The notes under the pieces were generated by a model. It did not search any database, was not told the origin of the DNA, and saw only the letters and a list, made by a program, of their open reading frames with translations. The translations under genes and the position numbers were made by a program. Shown here in pieces: positions 1-52,400 of a DNA stretch of 64,000 bases. This DNA is from Zootoca vivipara (lineage: Eukaryota), in contig NC_083289.1 in the NCBI RefSeq assembly GCF_963506605.1, forward strand, positions 38,006,001 to 38,070,000, written 5' to 3'. Every line of letters starts with the position of its first letter. Positions within the stretch are counted from its first letter, which is position 1.

Positions 1-2087
1 CCTTTTTGTTGTAACTTTTCTTGTAATCCTGACCTGGATTTCCTTTCCTCTCTGCCGCTGCCTTTTGTTAAGAAGGAGATATGTTATGCCCTGTGCCTTT
101 AAACCATTAATAATTCCTGCCCCCCAACAAAAAAAAGGTTCCCTGAAGTTGGAAATGCAGTATGCTAACATACTTGGTAACAAGGCTTTGTTGGGGTTGT
201 CGTATTTCTCCTCCCAAAAAAGCAATTTTAAGGTTTTGGAGCTGTTCCCACTGCTTTTTTCATTGCGTTGCCAGGTTTTCCCAGACATTTTGCCAATTTG
301 GCTAATTCCTCCCCATGCTGAAAACCAGCACGTCAGGAATTTTCCTGACATATGGCAAGCCTATGCTTTGTTCTCTAGTTGGCAGGGTGCAAACAAAATA
401 TCACCTCAGTGTTGTGCAAACAACATTCTGTACCAGTAAAACCATTAGGGAAATAAATGTATTGTTAGTAGAGAACGCACCACTGTCAAATTACATTACT
501 CTGGTTTTTTTCATCTCAGATGGTCCCTTTGTGATGGGATTTCTGCTGCTAGTCTGTTCTTGTTACACACCTGAAAACAACTGGTATCTGAGACCACATA
601 GGCTACTTGAGGCTCCCCAACACAGTATATACAGGACTTGAAATTCTGTTGCTTATTACAGCATGCCATCCTTGCCTTTAAGAAATGTATGGCTGCAAAG
701 GGTTAAGTGGCCATATTTTCAGTCTCCATTGCCATTTTGCTATGCTCTGTATGTGTGTATGTGTGTGCAAGTGTCAGCTGTGGAAGTATAGCTGGGTTTG
801 CAGTAAGGGAATCCTTCTAATGTTAACAAGATCACCCCTGGCCTTGAAGAAATAGCCATTCTGTAAATTGCCTGAACAAAAGCTAAGAGTTCAGTGGTGC
901 TTCTTGTGTTCTTACTTAAGTGGCTGGGATTTGGTGTAGAAGTCAGAAGTGCCTCTAGAAAAGAGAGTCCCCTTTCCTCCAGGGCTAGTCCATTGCTGGC
1001 ACTGGTCCCACAGTGGTTCCTGTCAGCCATCAAGATAGCTGCAGGATGACTCCACGTGGTGGTTTCTGCAGTGGCCAAATATGGTCCTCATCCAGTCTCC
1101 TAAAAATGAACTATGTGTTATGGTCCTAGAACATCAATGGGGAACCTGTGGCCCTCCAGATGTTTGGGTGAAATAGGTGTGGTTTTGTGTAAATGTGTGT
1201 CTTTGTTTCAGTTGCGCTGCTTTTCAGATGTGCGTATGCGCTCTTGCTTTTAAAAGTCCTGTCACTAGTGACGGTCCCTTGAATGGATCCTTTGGCTTGT
1301 TTGCTTCTGTAGTTTGCCCCTAAACAATGAGTCCAGCATTTGGTCATAATTATGAAACTTGCCACTCTGGGGCAACAACAGCCAGTGTGGTCTAGTGAGT
1401 AGAGAGGTTTTGTGCCTTCTGACTGTGTGGTTGATTATTCCTTATATAATAAGCAAGGGTCAAATTATAACTCAGGAAGATGGGATTCACTAGCACCCAC
1501 AGATGACACAAGGCCTCCAACACATTGTGGCTCCTTGTGGGCCATTATTCACCATTAAGCCCTCAGGCCAAGGGGTGAGCCAAACATATGACAAAAAAAA
1601 TCTGAGGCGTTCTGGGGGGAAAAGAAAAAAAGAGGATGTTACGTAAGGATATTAAGTAGCAGAGAATACTAAACATAACTTTGGTTAAGCAGCACAATGA
1701 ATCTCAAAAGCTGCTAACAGGCCATTAATAATCTTGGGAGAATTACAATATTTTTGTATGGTCTAAATTTATCCTTCACAACAACCCTGCAAGGTAGGTT
1801 TGGTTAATAGTGACTTGCCCAAGGGCACCCACTTCTCTTGATTGCTAAATGGAGACTTGGACCCGGCTGTTTATAAAAGTCCAGACACAACATTCTAAAC
1901 CACTGCACCACACTGGCCTTCATTTTTGTAGTGGCCGTTATAGGCTTTTTAGTGCATAGTGCTCGTATATCACAGTACTACAAGGCAGCCACCTGGCCAG
2001 TAAATGGGAGGAAAAATTAACTGATGCATGTGATTGCCTCCCCACCCCTTCTCTTCCCACCCCTCCAAACAATGCTGTGCCCCTAAG

Positions 2088-42918
<40,831 letters not shown>

Positions 42919-43659
42919 GCTACTCTTGTCTTTTCTTTTTCTGCCAATTATAACTCTCTCCCCTCTGATCCCCCCAAACTCCCGGAATGCCAGTATGTAC
43001 ATACCAGAACTCCTGCATTTCTCCTACTGCTGGAAAACCGAGGCCCCAGAAAACCAACCGCAACAGCTCCTGCACTGGATAGCGGCACCCTCCCTCGTCT
43101 AACCTCCAAACCTGCAGCTTTCATCTTGGGCCTGCACGCTTTCCAAAACAGCTGGGTTACTGCCAGCTGTCCAAAGGGGGAGAATCATGGCAATGAAGGC
43201 CCCTCCGCCCCGCCCCCCAAGCGAGGCAACGAGAGATGCACAGGCAGAGCGGACTTGGCTTGGATGAGGTTTTCAAGACGGTCCCCTCCCTCCTTCCTTC
43301 ATCTGCCTGCATGGAAGAACTAAGCTTTTTTACCGGCTCCCGCCCCTGCCCACTTCGCCACCACGGAGGCAGCGCTGACAGCATGCACTGGTCTGCAAAC
43401 CTGGACGAGAGAGGTGGCTCCCATCGTAACAAAGTGAACATTCCAACCTTGTCTCCTTTGCTGTGTCTCTATGGGACCTGCTCACAGGGGATTACCTGGG
43501 ATAAACTGGGAGGTTGGGAATCCAAAAGAGCGTATGGATGCTTTTGGGAACACTTTGGTGTGGAAGTCTACAGCGGGATGTCAGTGCCCAGAGATGGACC
43601 ACAGGCACAAGATGGGCTTCCACCGCTGAAGCTGTTTAGATCTGGGCCTGGGCACTTAA

Positions 43660-43780
43660 AAGCATAACTCAAGTCGGTAGAGCATGAGACTTTTAATCTC
43701 AGGGCCGTGGGTTTGAACCCCACGTTGGGGTTTTGCAGGAGGTTATGGTCCCTTCCAACTTTACACTTCTGTGGTTCTAT
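43660..43780 (+). mobile_element. tRNA-Lys-derived SINE in the MAPK8IP3 3'UTR
   Basis: GTCGGTAGAGCATGAGACTTTTAATCTCAGGGCCGTGGGTTTGAACCCCACG plus GGTCCCTTCCAAC...TTCTAT tail. Confidence 0.7.
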
Positions 43781-46536
43781 TTATGGGAGAGCTCTTTGAG
43801 AGTCCCAGTGTGCCCAGCTCTGAACTCCTTAGAGGAAGGGGAAGATTCAAGCCCAACAAATACCATATATAGTAATTCAGGTGAGAGGCACAATTGGTAG
43901 ACTTGAAGGTGGGGTGGGCATCTCCAGCTCTTTGTAGCAGTGGGTGGTGTGCTGATGGAGAGGAAGGCAATATGTATGTTTTTAGCTGGTATGTGGAGAG
44001 TAATCGAAAGAACTGGGAAGTCCTCTGCTGTTGAAAGGCCACCAAGGTGTGCTTTGTGCTCCCTTGCCTGGTGCTGTTCCACTAGGGCCCCAATGGAGAC
44101 TTGGGTGTTGGATATGGCTCTCAGAGGTATTCAAATGTATCTTGCAGGCAATTCAGGAAAGAAAGAGGTCCAGATGGAGACTAGGCCCCCTCCCTCTCCA
44201 TGACATATATTGAAACCAATGAAAGCACACTTGGACTTGGGGGAGATGGAGCAAGGCATTCAGTGGAGAGGTATGTGCTTGAGGAGGGTGGGCTGGGGAA
44301 GAGTGGAAATGAAGAAATGGGGAAGCGAGCTGAGAAGACGACATTGGTCCTTCGTTAAGCGGCTTACAGATGCAGCAAGAGAGGAAGCAGAGATGGTCTT
44401 GTTGGGAGAGGATGCTGAGAAAGCAACACCCACAGCTGTGGCCTGCGAGTTGGGGCGCTGCCACTCTGCTGGCTGCTCACCAGGTTGGTGGCAGGTGTGC
44501 CACACTCATAACACACACCCCACCTGTTGCTCCCCTTCTCTCCCTGCCACATGCAGTGGCAGTGCCATCCCAGCCAGTGAGCCCCGTTTCATGCATTGTG
44601 GCTCGGCATCAGTGACTGGGAGTGGATTGCTACTTGAGATGAAGTTGTAAACAGCTGGTCCTCTGGGATATAAGGCGGTTTCTGCCATAGGCTGTTCAGA
44701 GGCTAATTAACTTTAAAGGCTGTGGGAGGAAGCAGCAGGAAGAAGCCCAGAAATGTTAAGTGCTCTTAACGTCTTATTTAAATCTCACAGAACCTTTCAC
44801 ATTTTAATTTTCTTTGAAGCCAGGGGAGACCAAGGTTTTTCAGAGAGGGAGGTGGGTCTTTCTTAGAGAGACAGAAAGACAGAGAGGGACCAACATCCTA
44901 GCAGTTCTTGGTAGAGTCAAAGTTTGGGACTGTCCACATGCCCCTTTCTTTGTGTGCTTTGTAGCAGAGGGAGATTATTGCAGGCTTTTCTCTCTTTTTT
45001 TCCTTTTTGCATCTCAGGCCTCCCCTGCCTGCCTCTGTGGGCAATGTTTTCTTTCTCCAACATGCCTGAATGAGGTCTGAGAAAACATAGACTAAAGAGA
45101 AAGTCCAGTCATTGTGGGAACACTTGCCCCAATCCAGTCAACTGTACCATGCTGTGACTTAAACCCACTTTCTTGTGTGCCCAGTAGTGGCTTGGGTACT
45201 GCAAGCACACAAGCACCATGGCACACATATCGAATGCCTTACAGCTCCATTCCTTAACACCTGGCCACAAGCTGGACCTGTGCCTGGGACCCCCACTCTA
45301 TGTGTGGTTTTATGTCACTTGCTTACTCAAAGCCACCCAGAGCAACAGACTGTACACAGAGAGGAAAGAAATGCTGTATGGCAAAGGCTGAAAAGGTCTG
45401 TGGGTTCCGCACAACAAACCAAGATGTAGAAAAAACAAGAAAGAGACGTTAAGTGGTAAAGCTGGTGGGGTGGGGGGTGGACGTTGCGACTTGCAAGTCG
45501 ACGTTGTTGATCTTTGACCCATAATTTTTCGCCGAGAGCAGGAGAGAGGAAATCTAGGAGGCTGGTGAAGTCATTGGCGTAGTTTGATTTGAAAGAGCAC
45601 AAAATGTGGTTAAGTAGCTGCAGCAAGGCTTGAGATCAAACGGGGGCTTTATTCATGATGAGAAAGAGAGCGAGGCTTAAAGGGTAGGTAGCAAAGGCAA
45701 GGGGAACAGATATCAGGAGCAGGACATCTGCTTTGCAGGAAGAAGATTCAGTCCCTGCCATCTCCAGTTTTTAAAAAATGGATCAAGAAGAGAACGGGTG
45801 GTGGGAAAGACCTCTTCATAAGAGACTGGGCAGTCACTGCCAGTCAGTCTACATGGTACTGGGCAAAATGGAAAGTCTCAGCTGCTGTAAAAGCCGCTTC
45901 CTAGGTTCCCTTATTTTTATTCTGTCCATTAAGTTTCCAGATTTCAGGCCACTCTTGGTCTTAGGCCTTACCTTACCAGACCTACCTGGAAGTGACACAC
46001 TAGGGAGATATCAACAATTTCACTGAGTGCAGCTGACACTTGTTATTTTCCATGTCACAAGGACGTTGTGGGGTTGGCTTTTCAGTAAACAAGGAGCCAG
46101 ACCGCCTCCTGATATTGCTCCTAAGGAAAGGGTTTTGTTGCCCAATACCAGCTTACCCTAGCTGTTTTCTAGACTACTGATGAAATAATACTGTGCAGGA
46201 GAGAGCAGAGCAGAGTGTTCAGACCCCCTTTCATTATTCCACTCGAAACACCAGTGCCGTCAGCCAAGATTTGCTGTTCTCCTGGGGCAGGTTTGCAAGT
46301 AATACCACTAATCTATCCTGTCACATTCACCACCACCATGCCTGCCCCACTGCTACCCCAGTGCTCTGCTCAGAAAGATGGCCACAGTCCAGGTGGAGTT
46401 GAATCTCTGTTCATTAGAGGGCAAAAGACATAAAGCAGCTAACCCTCCTGTGCTTGTCCCAATTAAGGAGAGAATGAAGCAGATCTTGTACCGCTTGCTC
46501 TGAAGTGGGGGAGAGGGGAGCTGGGAAGGCGACATA

Positions 46537-46702
46537 GGGCCTGTAGCTCACAGGTAGAATATCTGCCTTACATGCAAAAGGTCCCGGGTTATAAATAAAA
46601 GCCCTGATGTCTCCAGGTAGAGTTGGGGAAAGCTGCCTGTCAGTGTAGACAATACTAAGCTAGATGGACTACTCGCCTGACTATTCTTATGCTTCCTATG
46701 TT
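46537..46702 (+). mobile_element. tRNA-derived SINE (Squam3-like); related copies at ~6775-7145 (tandem), 8550-8840, 9152-9330, 34260-34395, 45710-45910
   Basis: TAGCTCA..GGTAGA..ATCTGC...CATGCA.AAGGTCCC head and GTCAGTGTAGACAATACT.AGCTAGATGGAC...GCTTCCTATGTT body shared among the copies. Confidence 0.65.
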
Positions 46703-47702
46703 CTTACTTTGTTTAGTCTGTCTGGGGGTGAAACAACTTTCGGAAGGGCTGGGAGGAAACTAACGTGAGCAACCTGACAACAGCAGAGCCTGGGAGGAGA
46801 GAGAAAGGAAAGTCAGTTTTTAAAAAGTGAGGACCGGTGAGGTGGGCAGCTTTGGCTTAGGCACTACTTAGCAATGGTGCAGTTAGGTGGTTTTAGGCCT
46901 TAACTGTCTCCCAACCCGCCAAACCTTTAGATGTAACATGTATTGCTTACTTATCCGCGTTTTTGAAGCAAGCTGTATTTGGGGAGGGGGAGCGCCTGCT
47001 CATTATGCTGAGTTGGGTCTGGGTCCTATAACTTCTGCCCCCAAAGCCCTATCCCTACAGCACCACTGCAGCTTAAGAGGGTGAGCATGTGGAGTCTGAC
47101 AGGGTGCCATGGTTTTTAAAACTGATCTACCTGTTGCCAAAAGACCCGAGAGCAGGATTACTTCCTCATTCAGAACTGAACCAAGGTATGGTGTTATTTT
47201 TTAAAAAAACAACACAGATACAACTGCAAAGCCCCCCACAGTTCTCTGTTTCCAGCATTTATTAGTCAGGATACTGCTCCTTTTGCCTCCCCTGCCTACA
47301 AATATATGCCCAAAGAACCTTTCACAGTTTGAAGTTATGTTTTCCTTGAAAAGAAGCACATGTTCAAGGTGGGGGGGGGACGCGGGGGGGGGAGGGAGAG
47401 GCATAGCTATGGGGAGAAAGCCTCACAGTGCTGGCTGTTGACTCCTGATAGCTACGTGCCGACAAGATAAAAGCTGATTTGACTTACAGACACCTCCCCG
47501 CCACATCTCCACTGTGATGTATGTAAAGTTAACTTGTATGTTATAAAAGGATTTTTTAAAAAAAGTGTCTTAAGGCCTGTCAACTGCTGTTTTGGTCTAA
47601 AGATGTAAAGAGACTGCTGTATGAAAAAAACAACAACCCCACTCTCCCTATGCTTTGTCCCTTATACGCTATCCAAAAGATGACCATATCTGTTCTGTAT
47701 GT

Positions 47703-47708
47703 AATAAA
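47703..47708 (+). terminator. Probable MAPK8IP3 polyadenylation signal (AATAAA); a second candidate lies at 47944-47949
   Basis: AATAAA at the end of a TE-free AT/GT-rich segment ~4.8 kb after the stop and before the NME3 3' end. Confidence 0.55.
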
Positions 47709-47970
47709 AAAAAACCGTGTTAACATCACAGGTTCGAGAGCATTGATAAACACACACTAGAGGTGGTATTTTTAAGGAGCTGCTGGCATGAAGTTTCTTG
47801 CATCTTTCGATGGTGCACACCCGAGTGATGGGGCGAGGGTTGTCACCTGCAACAATATGGTGCAAGTGTGAAGTGCCCTTGTTCTGGACTCCCAGCCAGC
47901 CATCCACACCCTTTTCCAAGATACACCACCCTGACGGACACATAATAAAAACGATTGCCTTTTCCCAAAA

Positions 47971-47976
47971 TTTATT
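47971..47976 (-). terminator. Probable NME3 polyadenylation signal (AATAAA on -)
   Basis: TTTATT on + about 1.4 kb past the NME3 stop; U-rich sequence upstream on the - strand. Confidence 0.55.
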
Positions 47977-49378
47977 TTACAAAAGCAAAACGCAACCAGT
48001 ATTTAAAAAGTAGCCCTGTACATATTTATAGATGTAAACAATCTCCTTTTGGAAAATATGTGGAAGAACAATAACTTGCAGTGGGATGAAAGCTCTCAGA
48101 GGAAAACACAGGAACCATGATAGCCTAGTATAACAATACTTCTCCAGCCAGGTGGGATTTGGCTATTTCCACTTCTATAAACAGTCTATCAGAGGCCTCC
48201 TCAAAAGCCAGCTTCCGCTCCCAAAGCCTAGCATTCTGTTCCTACTGAACATTAGTTGTCAGCTGTGAATAAGATTTTTTTAAAAAAAACAAACAAACAC
48301 ACAGGTGGGCAGTGATCCTCCAGATGTTTTTGTACTCCAACTCCCATCAGCCCCAGACAGCATAGCCAACAGTCAGAGGTGATGGAGGCACCAACATCTG
48401 GAGACCTGAATATTTCCCATCACTAAGATAAAACATGCACTAAAAGCAGTCACCCTGGACTATTGGAGGAAGCAGGATGGGTATGAGATACGAGCAGTGA
48501 ATTCTGTATTTCTAGTCATTGCCTAAAAAGAAATTGCATTCACTGGAGAGAGAGAGCAGGACATAACAGCAGCCGTATAAGCCCTGTTGCTGAAGCTCGG
48601 GATATTGCTAGCTGGGAACAATTCTTTGTATTTGCTGCTGCTTAAGTAAACCGAAACAGAACAGCTCCCCTTGTTTCTGTCTTATTTGATGTTTCCTTTT
48701 AGAAAGACCAGGGGCAGGCTGGATCTGTGTTTCCTCCACCCTTCCCATGGGCCAAGTTGGGAAAGGAGGGCCGGCCAGCCACCTGATGTTGCAATTGTGT
48801 TGGGTGGCCTGTTTTCGCCTGTGTGGTTTGAAATAAAACTCTGTGGCCAGCGAGACATGGTGCTTTGCAACCCCAAAGATGCTGCAAATAGCAGTATCCA
48901 AGCCCAGGCAATCCGCTGACTAGGATTGCAAAGTGGGGTCTGTGCCCTGTAGCTAGTAAAACTGTGACCTAACCAAGTGGGGTAGTCTTTGCAGGCTTGG
49001 ATTGGGAAGCAGCAGGAAAACCATTAATGAAGCCCTTTGAAAATACATTCTAAAAGTAAGAAAAGAGAACTGGAATCCCCTTGGTGTTTGCTTTTCCATA
49101 TTGGTTTAATAGTGCAGATTTTGTTAATATCGCCCCCAAAGGGCTATAATTGGGGGCTGGGGAGGCAGGGAGAAAGGGAATTAAATTACTAGCTGTTAAA
49201 CTGACACAATGTGTTTGTTCAGATCTAAAATACTCTCGCCCTTTCTCTTCCCCTCCCAACTCAACAAAAGAAGAAAGCTACCCAGGGAAATCCCAGATAA
49301 GCTGAAAGGGAATGGACGGGTTTGTGCAGTGCCTGAGTGACAGCAGCAGGGAGGGGGGCAGGCTTCAACTGCTCTGCC

Positions 49379-49496
49379 TTACTCATAAATCCAGTGATCT
49401 GCGCTGTCTTCCCAACAGGCCAGTTCATCTGTGCGGAACCAGAGCAAGATCTCTCGCTGGGCGCTCTCCACCGAATCGCTCCCGTGAATCACATTC
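49379..49496 (-). CDS. NME3: NME3 exon 5 (NVIHGSDS...HWIYE*)
   Basis: ctacag|G ... GAG TAA; 118 nt. Confidence 0.95.
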
Positions 49497-52400
49497 CTGT
49501 AGGGAAAAGGAACAAGTATATCCCACGGTGCAGCTGGGTGCATTGTGCCATAGTTAACAAAGTTCTTGTGCAGTTGAGCATATATGAGTACAATGAGCTA
49601 GGTTTCAACTTAGGGCTTCATATGCAAAGGTCCCAGGTTCAGAAAAAGCTCCTGCCAAATCCTGGAGAGCTGCTGATAGGCCAGATAGGACAAATGATAT
49701 GACTGGTCACATTCACACCATACATTTAAAGTGCTGTGGTTCCACTTTAAGCCGTTATTGCTTTCTCCCAAAGACTGCTGGGAAACTGTTCATGGTGCTG
49801 AGAGGAGACCCCCGATTCCCCGCACAGAGCTACAGTTCTCAGAGAGGTCTAATAATAAATCCCTCTTCAAAGGAAACTTTGGGAATTGTAGCTCAGAGAG
49901 GAATAGGGCTCTCCAAAGAACTATCAGCACCCTTGACAAACTACAGCTCCCACAATGTATGGTGTGGATTTGGGCACAAATAGGGTAGGGGGAAAGGGAT
50001 GAAAAATGATAGAAAATTTTTAAAAATGAGCATTTCATTTCGATTTTTATAACCTTATGCAATTATTCATCAGAGTCTTTTCTTATTTTCCCATTCTATG
50101 CAAGATCTGTTTGTTTCCCACCTCCTGCTGCTGCCTCCCTCCTGCCCCATTTTCCCAGCCCTCTTTCTTTCCCTTATAAAAGGTCCATTTTACTGAGGGA
50201 GGCTGTTTGCTCACAGACGGGAAGGACTGTGTTAACATCTGTATTGGCAGGCAGGGACACGTGAATAATAAACCCTGGAAGAAGCAAAAATACTCCACTT
50301 GCCTCTCAGATCTATGAAGCTGGAGGTCATTTCTACCATTACTGGGAGACAGCTTAATATTGGCCCATTTTCACACAAAAATGCTTCCTTCTTACTTACA
50401 AACCCATAATCCACATTGGCTGCATCCACATGTCACAGTAAGCCCATGTCCACCCAAATCAGCCTGATTTGATTTGGAATTTGGCTAGATCTAGTGCACA
50501 GTCCTATCTGAAACATTTGTACTAAACAGGATTTTGATTATCTTTGCTGGACACACAGCATGTGTGAACGATAACAAAACAAAAAGCAGGCCTTCCCGAT
50601 TTGATTTTTTCAAAAAAATCAACCTCTGATTCAGTTTCCACTCTGTTTACAGGAATGCCGTTTTAGAGCATCTCAGGCAGAAAACGGCACCAAGCTGAGC
50701 CCCCATTCCTTGCTGTGGTGGACCAGAATTGCATTGCCGGAGTCACACAAAACGGTCAGAAGAGAGAATGCCCAAAAAGTAAATGAGGTTTTCACTCACT
50801 TGCCAACTTCAATGCAGAAGTCACCTCGGATAGTCCCAGGCTTGGAATCCGCTGGGTTAGTTTCGCCAATCATGACGCGCGCCGTCTTCACCACTTCCAG
50901 TCCCTGCCAAACCTGGGGTGAAAGGAAGAAAAAACCCCACTAGCATTCGACCTTTGGGTGACCCGAGACACACCTTTAGTCCTATTGCACATTTGGGGAG
51001 CCCTTTCTTCACTTGTTGCTGCCTGTTTGGACGGTGGTCATGCTGTTGCTGGCGTCACCTGCCTTAGATCAAACCGTGACCCACTTACTGAAAACCAATG
51101 GAAAAGGCAACCTTCTCAGTGCCAATGGCCTTGTTCTGCCAAACCACTTGAGAAAACATTAGGAGTCCTGGGGAAGAGGGAAGTGATGAGCCTCCCTCTC
51201 TTCTCAAAGAGACAATATTTCTTACAAGGTTCTCCAAACACACACACACACAAGTGTTCTCCCAAATCTGGAGGGAACTTAAGCAAATCTGCTGTCTGAG
51301 ATCTTGGAGGGTAAAATGTCAGAACGAGCCAACAAGGCTGCTCTTCCACACTTGGGTATTGTTAGAAAATATAGACACATTAGGAGATAGGAGCATCTCA
51401 AGATCCTCACATAGTTATTTCACTCACCATGGCCACAACAGGTCCAGAGCTCATGTATTTCACCAGGCGGTTATAGAAAGGACGCTCACGGAGGGCAATG
51501 TAATGCTCCTTCAACAAGTCTTCAGAAGCCTAATCAATCAATCAATCAATTTACTTGTATGCTGCCTTCCCAAAGTTAAAATCATATTTAAAAATTTCAA
51601 AATACAAACATAGCAAAAGTAATCATAAACAATAAACCAAACTTCAAAAAGTGCACAATTTGAACAATTTCCACATAAATCATAGGATCCAAAATAAAGA
51701 TACAAAAAATCAACATCCACAACCCCAACAAACACACACCCCAAATCCCTAAACAATACTCCAGCTTTGGTAGTTGGTAGTTTGTCAGGGCCCCACCCTC
51801 CCGGGCTAAGTGGGAAAAGGCCTATAAGGCAGGAAGCAGGTCTTCCAGGATGAACACATGATCACACATGCCACAGACTCAATCAATGTTGTGTAGTTCT
51901 TTAAACAATTTTGCTGATTTTTAGTATGTTTTGACTGTTTTCAGTCTTTTATTTTGTGTGTGTAAACTGCCCTGGGAACTTGCTTGAAGGGTGGGAGTAA
52001 AATCTCCTAGGGTTATGATAATAATCAAAGACAGACATCCCCAAACTGCGGCCCTCCAGATGTTTTGGCCTACAACTCCCATGATCCCTAGCTAACAGGA
52101 CCAGTAGTCAGGGAAGATGGGAATTGTAGTCCAAAACATCTGGAGGGCCGAAGTTTGGGGATGCCTGATCAAAGATCAGGAAATTAACAGTTGAGTCAGC
52201 ATCATTATTATCACCACCATTAGCTTATAAATTTATACACCACTTTCCCACAGAATTGTGCCCCAAGCATCTCACAACCCAGCAAACAAACCAAAAAATA
52301 GAACCATGCAACATTAAGAACAATTTAAAATAACAATGATGTCAATGGATCCAGAAAATACTTACATACAATGTTCAATAAGGCAATACAAATAAGCCAA

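Noticed and set aside
1-2087. Acceptor-like tracts at ~72, ~777 and ~1210-1227 as possible upstream JIP3 exons
   Set aside because: No convincing paired donor and no JIP3-like peptide; the preceding exon lies outside the window.
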